Positions 29,445 through 41,025 are shown, counted from the stretch's first letter. The stretch is 64,000 nt of DNA from Blastocatellia bacterium (GCA_035560235.1 DATMAG010000049.1:24300-88299); one strand, 5' to 3'. Translations and numbers: made by a program. Notes: a model not told the origin generated them from the sequence alone.

Positions 29445-30097
29445 GTTTCTCCTCCTGGAAGTGGGTGAATCGTTAAAGCCAAGCAAGTTAATCAATCAAG
29501 TTAATCTGATGATGCCTGTACCTGCCGCGGACAAGCCTTACCGCATACAGCTTCTTATTGGGGGACTGTAAATAGTTGTCAATGATGACACTTTGATTTG
29601 ATTCGGCCAAAATCTATACGATAGGGTGTCTGGTGTCAATGTTAATCTCAACACACGTTTTGAGCGGCGGCTGAACACTTTCAGTGCAGTAATCGCACTT
29701 TCGCGCGGCCTGATGTGCGGATCAGTGAACCTGATCTTTTCCCCCTTCAGCCACTCTGAATCTGAGAGTCATTGCACCACCGATTTCAAAATTAATCGCA
29801 AAGGTGTCAATCCACGCAGCCCGGGGGGCCGGGCTGATTATCTGCACCGGGACTGTAAATTTCCGGCGCTTCAGGTAAGATTCCCGCGCACTGCCATCTG
29901 CGCTCATCGCGGCTTGAACACGCGGCTCAGGAACTCTGCCCATGTGGCGAATCGCTTCATTGTTCAGCGCCTCGCGCCTGCGCGGCTGCCGCAGGGAACA
30001 GAATTTTTCTGCGCGGACTGCTTTCATCCTGCCACGCCCGGCTGCAAAATACCGGTGCGCCTCCGGTCGCAAACATCGCAACATTCACACAACGCTT

Positions 30098-31336
30098 ATG
30101 AGACAGACTCTGCCCGGCACACTGAGACTCGCGTTTTCCCTTACCCTGCTTATGTCAACAGTCAACGCCCAGACGCCACCAGGTTTTGCGCAGGCTTACA
30201 GCGGCTTCAGGACTTTTTATAACCAGAAGCTGCGTCAGCACGGCATTGTCGGCAGCAGTTTTATGCTGATTCACGACAATCAGGTGATTGCCAGAGAGTT
30301 TTACGGCAGCGCGAACCTCGAAAAAAATCAGCCCGTTGACGAAGACACGATCTATCACTGGGCTTCGATTACCAAGACCTTCACCGGCATTGCGATTATG
30401 CAACTGCGTGATCGCGGGCTGCTCAAGCTCGATGATCCGATTATCAAATATGTACCGGAACTGAAGGAGGTTCACAATCCCTTCGGCCCGATGGAGCAGA
30501 TCACGATTCGTCATCTGCTGTCGCACAGCGCCGGGTTTCGTGACGCGACGTGGCCCTGGGGCGGCGACAGGGACTGGCATCCGCACGAACCGCAGCACTG
30601 GTCGCAACTCGTGGCAATGATGCCCTACACCGAAATTCTTTTTCAGCCGGGCACGAAATTCAGCTATTCAAATCCGGGCATCATCTTTCTGGGCCGCGTG
30701 ATTGAAACGCTGACGCGGGATGATTACGAAGTCTACATTGACAAGAACATCTTCAAGCCGCTCGAAATGTACCGCAGCTATTTCGACGCGACACCGTATC
30801 ACCTGCTCAGGCACCGCTCGCACAGTTACTGGCTCGAAGACGGCAAGCTGCGCCCGGCGCGCTTCGATGTGGACACCGGCATCACCGTTTCAAATGGCGG
30901 TCTGAACTCACCGCTGACGGATATGGTCAAATATCTCAACTTCCTGATGGGTTCACGCAACGCGCGGCAGCAGGCGATTTATGAAGGCGTGCTGAAACGC
31001 TCCTCGCTTGAGGAGATGTGGCAGCCGCAGGTCAGCATCGAACCGGCGGCAAAGGATGGAGAAAACCGCCGCGACGCAATGGGCCTGACTTATTTTATCG
31101 AAGACAACTTCGGGCAGCATTTCATCGGCCACAGCGGCGGACAGAACGGCTTCATCTCGCACTTTTATCTGCGCCCCGACGCGCGCACGGCTTACCTCGT
31201 CGCCTTCAATACGCACGCGATTCCGAAGGAGAAGGAACCCGACACCGGCCAGAACACGCGCGTGCTGGATCGTGAGATCAAGGACTATCTTTTCAAAAAC
31301 ATCTTCACATTGCTGGCCAAATCAAAGGCAGAATGA
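30098..31336 (+). CDS. serine hydrolase of the beta-lactamase / penicillin-binding-protein-like family (class C-like)
   Basis: The signal peptide is MRQTLPGTLRLAFSLTLLMSTVNA. The SxxK motif is in ...IYHWASITKTFTGIAIMQLRDRGLL..., and the YxN-like region is in ...HLLSHSAGF... Confidence 0.75.
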   Translation: MRQTLPGTLRLAFSLTLLMSTVNAQTPPGFAQAYSGFRTFYNQKLRQHGIVGSSFMLIHDNQVIAREFYGSANLEKNQPVDEDTIYHWASITKTFTGIAIMQLRDRGLLKLDDPIIKYVPELKEVHNPFGPMEQITIRHLLSHSAGFRDATWPWGGDRDWHPHEPQHWSQLVAMMPYTEILFQPGTKFSYSNPGIIFLGRVIETLTRDDYEVYIDKNIFKPLEMYRSYFDATPYHLLRHRSHSYWLEDGKLRPARFDVDTGITVSNGGLNSPLTDMVKYLNFLMGSRNARQQAIYEGVLKRSSLEEMWQPQVSIEPAAKDGENRRDAMGLTYFIEDNFGQHFIGHSGGQNGFISHFYLRPDARTAYLVAFNTHAIPKEKEPDTGQNTRVLDREIKDYLFKNIFTLLAKSKAE

Positions 31337-31442
31337 AGTATTCACCATCAACCCGGCATCGCGGAGCGTCTGGAGTGCTGCGGCCTGGCGCAGCTTTGCA
31401 GAATCAAAGTGCAGACAATGTAATGAATCAGGTTTCTCTGAG

Positions 31443-31527
31443 AGACGGTGTTCGGAGTCCCAGCTTTAGCTGGCTGGCTCTCGATTCAGACCCGACCAGC
31501 TAAAGCTGGGACTCCGAACACCGTCTC
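31443..31527. repeat. family B palindromic element (GACGGTGTTCGGAGTCCCAGCTTTAGCTGG loop CCAGCTAAAGCTGGGACTCCGAACACCGTC)
   Basis: A perfect inverted repeat of about 32 bp with a roughly 22-nt loop. Further copies lie at 47264-47343 and 57386-57470. Confidence 0.65.
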
Positions 31528-31732
31528 TTCAGAAAGGAGATTTCAATCACTATCCCGCTCTGGCCTGCTACAATTCAGTCTCTGCAGGCAGCGGTATCGA
31601 ATGAATACCAAAGCTGCGCCAGGCCGCAGCACTCCAGACGCTCCGCGATTTCAGGACGTGCAGCATCAAACAACCAACATCCCGCGCGCCGGGCGGCATC
31701 AGGTGCGCGGCCTGATCCTTCAGAAAATACCC

Positions 31733-32584
31733 ATGCTCAAATCAAATGATCGTCGTGACTTTATGAAACTCAGCGCCGGAGCCGCCGTTTCAGCGATGCT
31801 TCCGGCAATGCTCAACGCCGCGCCCAGATGGAAAAACATTCCCATTGCCACGCAGGCGTGGTGCGTGCGCAAGCAGATGGCCGGAGACATTCCGGGCACG
31901 CTCGCCGCCGTTGCCGCGCTGGGTTATCAGGGCATCGAACTTGAAAATGCCTTTGGCAAATCGGGGACGGAATGGCGCGGCTGGCTGGATGCGAACAAAC
32001 TGCGGGCCTGCGGGTTTCATCATTCGTGGCAGGAACTGCAGGGCGACCGGCTCAGACAGTCCATCGAATTCAATCAGGCGATTGGCAACAAAAACCTGAT
32101 CATTCGCTCGCTGCCGCGCGAGGTTTACACTTCAAAAGACCTGCTGCTGAAAACCGCCGAAGCGGTCAATAAAATTTCAGACAGTCTGAAACCGCATGGA
32201 ATGCGCGTCGGCTATCACAACCACACGCTCGACTTCAATAAAATTGACGGCGAATACTGGTGGAACCTTTTTGCCGATCAGACGCATAAAAACGTCATCC
32301 TGCAATTCGACACCGGCAATGCTTCTGAAATGTCCGGCGTCACGGTCACCGACTTTCTGAAGCGCAACAAGGGCCGCACCGTTTCAATGCACGTCAAGCC
32401 GTTCTCGCATCAGAAGCCGGACGCCTTTCTCGGTGATGACGAACTGGACTGGAAGCAGATTATGACAATCTGCGAAACGACCGGCGGCATCGAGTGGTAC
32501 ATCATCGAATACGAGCGCGAGGCCGTCCCGCCGCTCGAAGCGCTGAAGGCCAATCTCGAAAGATTTCGCCGGATGCGGGCTTGA
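31733..32584 (+). CDS. xylose-isomerase-like TIM-barrel sugar phosphate isomerase/epimerase, Tat-exported
   Basis: The Tat motif is MLKSNDRRDFMKLSAGAAVSAMLPAMLNAAP. The AP-endonuclease-2/xylose-isomerase-like barrel includes ...LGYQGIELENAFG... and ...HGMRVGYHNHTLDF... The upstream part of the 31448 ORF comes from the family B repeat and is not coding. Confidence 0.7.
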   Translation: MLKSNDRRDFMKLSAGAAVSAMLPAMLNAAPRWKNIPIATQAWCVRKQMAGDIPGTLAAVAALGYQGIELENAFGKSGTEWRGWLDANKLRACGFHHSWQELQGDRLRQSIEFNQAIGNKNLIIRSLPREVYTSKDLLLKTAEAVNKISDSLKPHGMRVGYHNHTLDFNKIDGEYWWNLFADQTHKNVILQFDTGNASEMSGVTVTDFLKRNKGRTVSMHVKPFSHQKPDAFLGDDELDWKQIMTICETTGGIEWYIIEYEREAVPPLEALKANLERFRRMRA

Positions 32585-32674
32585 TGACTTTGAGACAGAG
32601 GAATAAGCCACGAAGCAACACGAAGGTTCAGCTCAGCATCCTTCGTGTTCTTCGCGGCCTTCTGAAGGAAACTT

Positions 32675-33139
32675 ATGAGCGACGTGACAGCAAAACTGAT
32701 CTGGAACGGCAGGCTGAAATTTACCGGCATCAATCAGGCCGGGCAGGAGACGGCGATTGATGGCGACAGGCAGACGGGCGCAACACCGATGGATCTGCTG
32801 CTCGAAGCCATTGGCGCGTGTTCAGCCATTGATGTGGTGGTGATTCTGGAAAAGCAGCGCACCCCTGCGGCGAGAGCTGAAATCAGCCTTGCGGCTGATC
32901 GTCATTCGCCGGAACCGCGTTATTACACTGACCTGCAGCTGCGCTTCGATCTCTGGGGCGATGAACTGAAACCGGAAAAGGTCGAACGGGCCATCAGCCT
33001 CTCGCTTGAGAAATATTGCAGCGTCTTTCATTCGCTGCGAAGGGATCTGCGGGTTCGGCCTGAATTCAGAATTCACGCGGCGAGTGCGGATGCGGCGGGT
33101 GATTATCAGCCGGTGAAATTTGAGATGGCAGGCATCTGA
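32675..33139 (+). CDS. OsmC/Ohr-family peroxiredoxin-like protein
   Basis: ...GATPMDLLLEAIGACSAIDVVVILEKQR... and ...LEKYCSVFHSL carry the conserved Cys pair of the OsmC family. Confidence 0.8.
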   Translation: MSDVTAKLIWNGRLKFTGINQAGQETAIDGDRQTGATPMDLLLEAIGACSAIDVVVILEKQRTPAARAEISLAADRHSPEPRYYTDLQLRFDLWGDELKPEKVERAISLSLEKYCSVFHSLRRDLRVRPEFRIHAASADAAGDYQPVKFEMAGI

Positions 33140-33140
33140 T

Positions 33141-33599
33141 TCAGCCTCTGCGCGGCAGATCATCAGTATCGAGCCAGATGGTGACCGGACCGGAGTTGTG
33201 TATTTCAACCAGCATATCCGCGCCGAACTCGCCGGTCGCCACTGTGAAGCCCATCGCGCGCAGCCGTGCGCAGAACTTTTCATACAGCGGAACTGCAGTC
33301 TCAGGCCGCGCCGCTTCGGTAAAAGCGGGACGACGGCCCTTGCGGGCATCGGCATAGAGCGTGAACTGCGAAATCACCAGCAGTTCGGCTTCGACATCGA
33401 GCGCCGATAAATTGAACCTGCTGTCAGCATCGGCAAAGATGCGCAGGTTCGCAATCTTCTGCGCCAGCAGTTCGACTTCGGCTTCAGTATCATTCACCCC
33501 GACGCCGAGCAGGATCACCAGTCCCGCGCCGATTTCACCGCTCGTGCGGCCTTCGATTGTGACTTTTCCCTGCGTCACCCTTTGCAGCACTGCGCGCAT
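33141..33599 (-). CDS. dtd: D-aminoacyl-tRNA deacylase
   Basis: [19 protein letters not shown]...[30 protein letters not shown]... and the diagnostic motif ...[21 protein letters not shown]... Confidence 0.85.
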   Translation of the reverse strand: MRAVLQRVTQGKVTIEGRTSGEIGAGLVILLGVGVNDTEAEVELLAQKIANLRIFADADSRFNLSALDVEAELLVISQFTLYADARKGRRPAFTEAARPETAVPLYEKFCARLRAMGFTVATGEFGADMLVEIHNSGPVTIWLDTDDLPRRG

Positions 33600-33679
33600 T
33601 GATTGAACTCCACAGCCTCTTGTTCTCCGGCTCCTTCGCGCCTTCGTTCTTCAACGTTGCCGCAGCCTGAGCCAGGGGA

Positions 33680-35407
<1,728 letters not shown>

Positions 35408-35521
35408 TTGTCTGTGTTCTCTCCTGTCTGAGCCTTCAATCAGCGAAGTTCCGTGTTAAGCGCGAATTATATCCCGAGTCCGAGCAACAGCGCGAGGATC
35501 AGTTGCGGCTTTCTTCGCGCA

Positions 35522-36874
35522 TCAGGCTTTCGGATATTCCCACGACCCGCGATATCTGCGGCTCAGATGCCTGTTGGCTTCAGCGTCACCGATGACTGTT
35601 TCCCTGGCGCCGTCCCATTCAATGCTGCGGCCCAGTTTGTAAGAGAGCATGCCAAGCAGGCTGACGTTCGTTGAGTAATGAATCTGTTCGATGTCGCTGA
35701 CGGGTTTGCGCCGGTTTCTGATCGCGTCAAGAAAGTCGGCCCACAGCTCTTTGATGTTCTGGTCATCAGGTTTGTGCAGTTGCGCGTCCTGATGAATGAT
35801 CTGACCTTTCGGATCGGTCGGATAAAACGTCCAGCCGTCGAGCCAGCCCATATGAAACGTGCCGTTCGTGCCGTAAAAGTAACATCCGACCGGCTGGCGC
35901 GGATCGCTCTTTTCGGCGTTGTTGGCGGCGAACTGCCGATGCTCCCAGCTCACCGTGAACTGCTCGAACTCAAAGACCGCGACCTGATGATCGGGCGCGT
36001 CGGTGGTCTGCGCTTCCTTTGTATTGACTGCAGGCCCCTTGATCGGGCGGCCTCCGGTCGAAAAGATTTTGCGCGGATACTTCTCACCCGTGATCCACAG
36101 AATCTGATCAATCCAGTGAATGCCCCAGTCGCCAAGCGTGCCGTTGGCATAATCCAGAAAGTTGCGGAAGCCTTTCGGGTGAATCTTTTTGTTGAATGGC
36201 CGCAGCGGCGCAGGCCCGCACCACATCTCCCAGTCCAGACCTTTCGGCGGCTCGGTGTTTTTCTCAGGCTGCTCCGGCCCGCCGCCGTAATGCACAAAAG
36301 CGCGCACCATTCCGATTTTGCCTAGTTTGCCTGACTGAATGAATTCGCGGCCCGAAAGGTTGTGCGGTGAAATGCGGCGATGCGTTCCGACCTGCACGAC
36401 CTTGCCGGTTGCGCGCGCCGCGTTGACCATCGCGCGGCCTTCCTTCACGGTGTGACCGATGGGCTTTTCAACGTAAACGTGCGCGCCCGCATTGACCGCC
36501 GCAATCATCATCAGCGAATGCCAGTGATCGGGCGTGCCGACGATGACGATTTCAGGTTTCTCTTTCTGCAACAGCTCGCGGTAATCGCGGTAAAGCTTCG
36601 GCTGGTCGCCCGACAGTTTCTGCACTTCAGCAACAGCGGGGTTCAACTGATTCTCGTCCACGTCGCACATCGCCACGACCTTTGACTGACCGGCGGCCAT
36701 CGCTTCGCGCAGGATGTTCATGCCCCACCAGCCTGTGCCAATCAGCGCCGTGCGATATTTCGTCGGCTGTGCGTTGAGAATCGGAATGCCGTAATCCAGC
36801 CCGGCAGCGAGTGATGAGACGGCAGTGGTTTTGATGAAGTTTCGACGATTCACGGCTGGCCTCCTTCTTGTCAT
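35522..36874 (-). CDS. Gfo/Idh/MocA-family NAD(P)-dependent oxidoreductase, Tat-exported
   Basis: The Tat signal is MTRRRPAVNRRNFIKTTAVSSLAAG. The Rossmann region reads ...TALIGTGWWGMNIL...VVAMCDVDENQL... and the family core reads ...KPEIVIVGTPDHWH.... Confidence 0.8.
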   Translation of the reverse strand: MTRRRPAVNRRNFIKTTAVSSLAAGLDYGIPILNAQPTKYRTALIGTGWWGMNILREAMAAGQSKVVAMCDVDENQLNPAVAEVQKLSGDQPKLYRDYRELLQKEKPEIVIVGTPDHWHSLMMIAAVNAGAHVYVEKPIGHTVKEGRAMVNAARATGKVVQVGTHRRISPHNLSGREFIQSGKLGKIGMVRAFVHYGGGPEQPEKNTEPPKGLDWEMWCGPAPLRPFNKKIHPKGFRNFLDYANGTLGDWGIHWIDQILWITGEKYPRKIFSTGGRPIKGPAVNTKEAQTTDAPDHQVAVFEFEQFTVSWEHRQFAANNAEKSDPRQPVGCYFYGTNGTFHMGWLDGWTFYPTDPKGQIIHQDAQLHKPDDQNIKELWADFLDAIRNRRKPVSDIEQIHYSTNVSLLGMLSYKLGRSIEWDGARETVIGDAEANRHLSRRYRGSWEYPKA

Positions 36875-36998
36875 AAGAAATGGACAGAATTGACAGGATG
36901 AGCAGGATAAATCGTCAGATCAGACTTCTGCTCTGCTCAGATTCTGTCGCTCCTGTAAATCCTGTCCGAATGTTTTCTGCGTTGATTCTGACTACTGG

Positions 36999-37808
36999 TT
37001 ACATCGGGAACATCTCACTGAGTTCACCCGGCGCAGGCTGACGCCCGTACTGGCACAGTTCAAAGGCTTCGGCGTATCTGATTGCCCGGCCCTGTTCTTC
37101 GCCGTAACGCGCCACGAGCAGCGCGCGGTATTTGTCGGCAATTTCAACGTCGCGATCTCTGAGCCAGTCGTGAATGAACTGTCGGCGCGCTTCATCGCCT
37201 TCAGGCACGCCGGGCAGATAACGACCGAGCCACGAATCACGATCAGCAAACTGCGACGGCATCGAGCAGATGCACTCAGACTTTTTCGCTGACACGTCAT
37301 CAATCCCGACCACGATGGCCGGATCGAAGGGATACGGCTTCTGAAACTGATCGGAGTAATAAAGAATGACCGGATTGCGCGGACACGGCGGCGTGTGCGT
37401 TTCAAAAAACGGCGCAGCCACCAGCACCGCCGCGTCTTCGACCAGCACGCCCGTGTAGCGATGATCGGGGTGATAATCACAAGGCCGCGGACACAGCACA
37501 ATATCGGCCTGCCAGGCGCGAATGAGCCGCGCAATCGTCCGGCGGTTTTCGAGCGTCGGCAGCAGTTCGCCATCGTGAATGTCAAGCACTTCGGTTTCGA
37601 TGCCCAGGATTTCAGCGCACCGCTCGACTTCAGCCCTGCGCCTGAGCGCGAGCGGCCCGCCTGCCATCGCAAAATGTCCGACATCGCCGTTGGTCGTGGC
37701 GACAAACTTGACCTTGTGTCCGGCAGCGGCCCACTTCGCCGCGACTCCGGCAGCCTTGAGTTCACAGTCATCAGGATGCGCGCCAAAAGCAATGATCTTT
37801 AGTTTCAC
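36999..37808 (-). CDS. PIG-L/LmbE-family N-acetylglucosaminyl deacetylase
   Basis: MKLKIIAFGAHPDDCELKAAGVAAKWAAAGHKVKFVATTNGDVGH... contains the PIG-L signature AHPDDxE and the His triad. The protein is 269 aa. Confidence 0.75.
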   Translation of the reverse strand: MKLKIIAFGAHPDDCELKAAGVAAKWAAAGHKVKFVATTNGDVGHFAMAGGPLALRRRAEVERCAEILGIETEVLDIHDGELLPTLENRRTIARLIRAWQADIVLCPRPCDYHPDHRYTGVLVEDAAVLVAAPFFETHTPPCPRNPVILYYSDQFQKPYPFDPAIVVGIDDVSAKKSECICSMPSQFADRDSWLGRYLPGVPEGDEARRQFIHDWLRDRDVEIADKYRALLVARYGEEQGRAIRYAEAFELCQYGRQPAPGELSEMFPM

Positions 37809-37827
37809 AGGTTCAGTGATAAGCGGT

Positions 37828-37912
37828 CGAATGGAACTCGGATGAAACGGATGTGACAGATCATCACAGATTATCCGTTTGAATCTGCGGCATCCGTCTC
37901 ATCCGTGTTCAA
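37828..37912. repeat. family A palindromic element (aatggaactcggatgaaacggatg ... catccgtctcatccgtgttcaat), single copy
   Basis: Shares its termini and internal ggatgaaac / catccg motifs with the 6708-6962 array. Confidence 0.55.
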
Positions 37913-37925
37913 TCTTCTGATTCGA

Positions 37926-39515
37926 TTACAGATTGTCTTTTGTCAGCACATTATCCACCAGCCGCCAGATGCCTCTGGTGTTTTCGTTGCGCAATTCAAC
38001 GGGCAACGCTTCCGGCGGGAAGTTCTGATACGACACCGGACGCGCGAAGCGTTTGATGGCATACGTGCCGACCGAAGTCGAACGCGCATCGGTCGTCGCC
38101 GGATACGGGCCGCCGTGCGTCATTGCGGGACAGACTTCAACGCCGGTCGGAAAGCCGTTGAAAACGAGCCGCCCGGCTTTGGTTTCGAGAATTGAAACCA
38201 GCCCGGCGTACTGCTGCAAATCTTCGGGCGTGGCGTGAATCGTTGCAGTCAGTGAACCGTGCAGGCTGCGGGCGATTTCTTCAAGCTGCTCGCGCGTGCC
38301 GCAACTGACGACGAGCGTTGACGGGCCGAAGACTTCTTCACTGAGTTGCGGACTGGCCAGAAACGTGGCGGCATCGGTCGCAAAGACTGTGGCCTGCGAT
38401 TGTGTCTTTGCAGGTTCGGGCGCAGTTTGTGCGCGCTGTGTCGCTACGCCTGAAGTTTCAGCAAAGCGGCTGACGCCTGATTCATAACTTTGCAGAATGC
38501 CCGGATGCAGCATCGTGGTCGGCGGCACTGCGGCAAACAGATTGTTGAGCCTGCCGATCAGTTGATCCATTCCGGCATCGGCCATTCCAAAGACCAGGCC
38601 GGGACAGGTGCAGAACTGACCTGCGCCGAGCGTGACTGAATTTTTCAGCCCTTCGGCAAAGGCTTCGCCACGCGACTGCAACGCGCCAGGCAGCACGAAG
38701 ACAGGATTGACGCTGCCCATTTCAGCGTAAACCGGAATCGGTTCAGGCCGCGCCGCCGCCGCATCGAACAAAGCCCGCCCGCCGCGCAGCGAACCGGTAA
38801 AGCCGACCGCCCTGATGGCCGGATGTTTGACGAGCGTCTGCCCGACTTCGACGCTGCCGCCGTGAACCATTGAAAAAACGCCTTCGGGCATGCCGGTTTC
38901 ATTCGCCGCTTTAATGACAGCGCGGGCGACCATTTCAGAAGTGCCGGGATGCGCGGGATGCGCCTTGACAACGACCGGGCATCCGGCAGCGAGCGCCGAA
39001 GCGGTGTCGCCGCCCGCGACTGAATAGGCAAAGGGAAAATTGCTCGCGCCAAAGACCGCGACCGGGCCAAGCGCAATCAGCATGCGCCGCAGATCGGGTT
39101 TCGGCAGCGGCTGACGATCAGCAATGGCGCGGTCAATCGTCGCTTCGACCCACGAACCTTCGCGGATTTCCGCCGCAAACAGACGCAACTGATTCATCGT
39201 GCGCCCGCGTTCGCCAGTCAGCCGGTCATAAGGCAGGCCGGTTTCAGCCTGGGCGCGATGAATCAGTTCATCGCCCTGCGCGAGCAGTTCATCCGCGATA
39301 GATTCAAGAAACGCGGCGCGCTCGTCGCTGCTCAGGCGACGGTAAGCATCGAACGCCTGAGCGGCGAGTTCGCAGGCGCGATTGATTTCGTCAGTCGTCG
39401 CTTCGTGAAAGACGGGGTCAAGTGACCGGCCAGCCGCCGGATCAAAAGCCTGAAAGGTTTGAGAACCTGATGATGAAGTTGAATTGCCGATGATCTGTTT
39501 GCCGTGTAGTTCCAT
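37926..39515 (-). CDS. NAD(P)-dependent aldehyde dehydrogenase, alpha-ketoglutarate-semialdehyde dehydrogenase-like
   Basis: The ALDH superfamily core reads ...GFTGSLRGGRALF..., ...PIPVYAEMGSVNPVFVL... and ...VTLGAGQFCTCPG... with a catalytic Cys context. The N-terminal region resembles KGSADH / 2,5-dioxovalerate dehydrogenases. Confidence 0.75.
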   Translation of the reverse strand: MELHGKQIIGNSTSSSGSQTFQAFDPAAGRSLDPVFHEATTDEINRACELAAQAFDAYRRLSSDERAAFLESIADELLAQGDELIHRAQAETGLPYDRLTGERGRTMNQLRLFAAEIREGSWVEATIDRAIADRQPLPKPDLRRMLIALGPVAVFGASNFPFAYSVAGGDTASALAAGCPVVVKAHPAHPGTSEMVARAVIKAANETGMPEGVFSMVHGGSVEVGQTLVKHPAIRAVGFTGSLRGGRALFDAAAARPEPIPVYAEMGSVNPVFVLPGALQSRGEAFAEGLKNSVTLGAGQFCTCPGLVFGMADAGMDQLIGRLNNLFAAVPPTTMLHPGILQSYESGVSRFAETSGVATQRAQTAPEPAKTQSQATVFATDAATFLASPQLSEEVFGPSTLVVSCGTREQLEEIARSLHGSLTATIHATPEDLQQYAGLVSILETKAGRLVFNGFPTGVEVCPAMTHGGPYPATTDARSTSVGTYAIKRFARPVSYQNFPPEALPVELRNENTRGIWRLVDNVLTKDNL

Positions 39516-39524
39516 AGTGATTGT

Positions 39525-39612
39525 CAGTTGTCCGTGGTCAGTTGTCAGTTGTTATCTGTGATGATGAAAAGTCTGAAAACAAATTACAACCGACCACCGA
39601 CAACTGACAACA
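39525..39612. repeat. family C hairpin (gtcagttgtccgtggtcagttgtcagttg ... caaccgaccaccgacaactgacaac) between the ALDH and inositol oxygenase genes
   Basis: A long inverted repeat is read directly. Confidence 0.5.
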
Positions 39613-39613
39613 A

Positions 39614-40459
39614 CTACCAGGCAATCTTTGGCGGGAAAAATTCAGCCACCAGTTCCTGATAGAACGGCCTCAATTCCTCAACATTCGGCTGCACAACTGA
39701 CTTGGTGTACAAGTCGTAAGGATTGAAGGCGCGTACCCATTTGAGCATTTCCCTGTCCTGTTCGTTCATCAGGTGCGTGTATTCGTTCTCGCGGTGAACC
39801 ACGTAAGCCGAATGATAGCGAATCATCCACAACGCTTCCTGCGGCAGATAATTTCTGACGACGTGATAAAGATATTCATCGTGGCCCCAGGTGAAATGCA
39901 CTTGATCAAGACCGCAGCCCGGTTCGTAAATCCCGCAGGGCGTGCTGAGCAGTGGATTCCGGCTGTCGGGATTGTCAGCAAAAAATTCTGAATAAACGAT
40001 CCTGTCTGAAAACGCGCAGCCGACCGGGTTGGTGTCACCGACCACGGCCCACTGCGGCTCGCCAAAGAGGCACAGCACCTTGCCGAGATCGTGAATCAGC
40101 CCGGTGAGAATGAACCAGCGCGGGTGTCCGTCGCGGCGAATGGCTTCGGCGGTCTGCAGCGCGTGCACGATCTGCGGCAGCGCCAGATCAGGGTCGCTGT
40201 CATCAACGACCTGATCGAGTTGTTCCATCGCCTCCCAGACGCTCATCTCAGCTTTTCGGAGCGGCGTGTACTCGGCTTTTTTTGCCAGCACGAAATCGAG
40301 CGTCTGCTGTGTGTGATGCTGTCGGTAAAGTTCACGGACACAGGCGCGGGCTTCGGCGGCGTAATCGCGGAACTGAGCTGGCTGTTTATCTTCATCAATG
40401 AGTGAGTGGGGAATGGGCGGGGCAACGGCAAACAAATCAGAACTGAGCGGATGTGACAT
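39614..40459 (-). CDS. myo-inositol oxygenase (MIOX, HD-domain di-iron oxygenase family)
   Basis: ...[29 protein letters not shown]..., ...[13 protein letters not shown]... and ...[43 protein letters not shown]...FFPPKIAW. The sequence is collinear with eukaryotic MIOX, including the C-terminal KIxW. I place the start at MSHPLSS (40459), within the longer 40654 ORF. Confidence 0.8.
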   Translation of the reverse strand: MSHPLSSDLFAVAPPIPHSLIDEDKQPAQFRDYAAEARACVRELYRQHHTQQTLDFVLAKKAEYTPLRKAEMSVWEAMEQLDQVVDDSDPDLALPQIVHALQTAEAIRRDGHPRWFILTGLIHDLGKVLCLFGEPQWAVVGDTNPVGCAFSDRIVYSEFFADNPDSRNPLLSTPCGIYEPGCGLDQVHFTWGHDEYLYHVVRNYLPQEALWMIRYHSAYVVHRENEYTHLMNEQDREMLKWVRAFNPYDLYTKSVVQPNVEELRPFYQELVAEFFPPKIAW

Positions 40460-40599
40460 TAACCTGCATTGCTCCTTTGTGCGTGATCTCGGTTGAAAGT
40501 TCCGGCCTGACCGAATCAGCTGCTGGTCAAACCAGGCGGCGCGGCCATCATAATGCCGCCTTCTCAAAAAGTGAACAGTCGTCTGAAGAGCTGAGTCTG

Positions 40600-40688
40600 G
40601 CTGGAGCGCAGGCAGGCTGCCTGCCAGACTTCGATCAGGGGCTTCTTCCCGCAAGCCATGCAGGCAGGCTGCCTGCGCTCCAGCCAGA
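40600..40688. promoter_or_regulatory. 29-bp inverted repeat (ctggctggagcgcaggcaggctgcctgcc ... ggcaggcaggctgcctgcgctccagccag) in the divergent region between the inositol oxygenase and TonB-dependent receptor genes
   Basis: Read directly. The arms are separated by about 30 nt, and each arm is itself near-palindromic. Confidence 0.3.
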
Positions 40689-41025
40689 CAATGAAGTGCC
40701 CCTGGGCCGGATCTTGTTCATCCGGCCTGGTCGTGGTACTGTGCTGCCATCTTAAATACGGTAAGGTCATAACAAAGCACCAGCATTATCTTTCAGGAGA
40801 ATCAGCAGAGTCGTCATTCGAACTTTTCTGTTTTACACGCAGTTCCCCGACAGGGCCTGCTCTGCGCTGTAGCAGTTCACAGGATGAAAGGTAACGGCAG
40901 ACTTTTCCCCTGCCTTCAGTTCAGACTGTGAGCAGATAACCGCTCTTCAGTGCAGCCAGGACGCCGGTTTCGCTACCACAATCAACACTCATTCACCCCC
41001 TTCTCATTCAGGAAAGGAGTTACCC

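Noticed and set aside
29626-30222. 198-aa ORF in the OmpA-like / beta-lactamase intergenic region
   Set aside because: It overlaps the real start of the beta-lactamase-family gene in another frame, and its translation has no features. More likely the region is a regulatory promoter.
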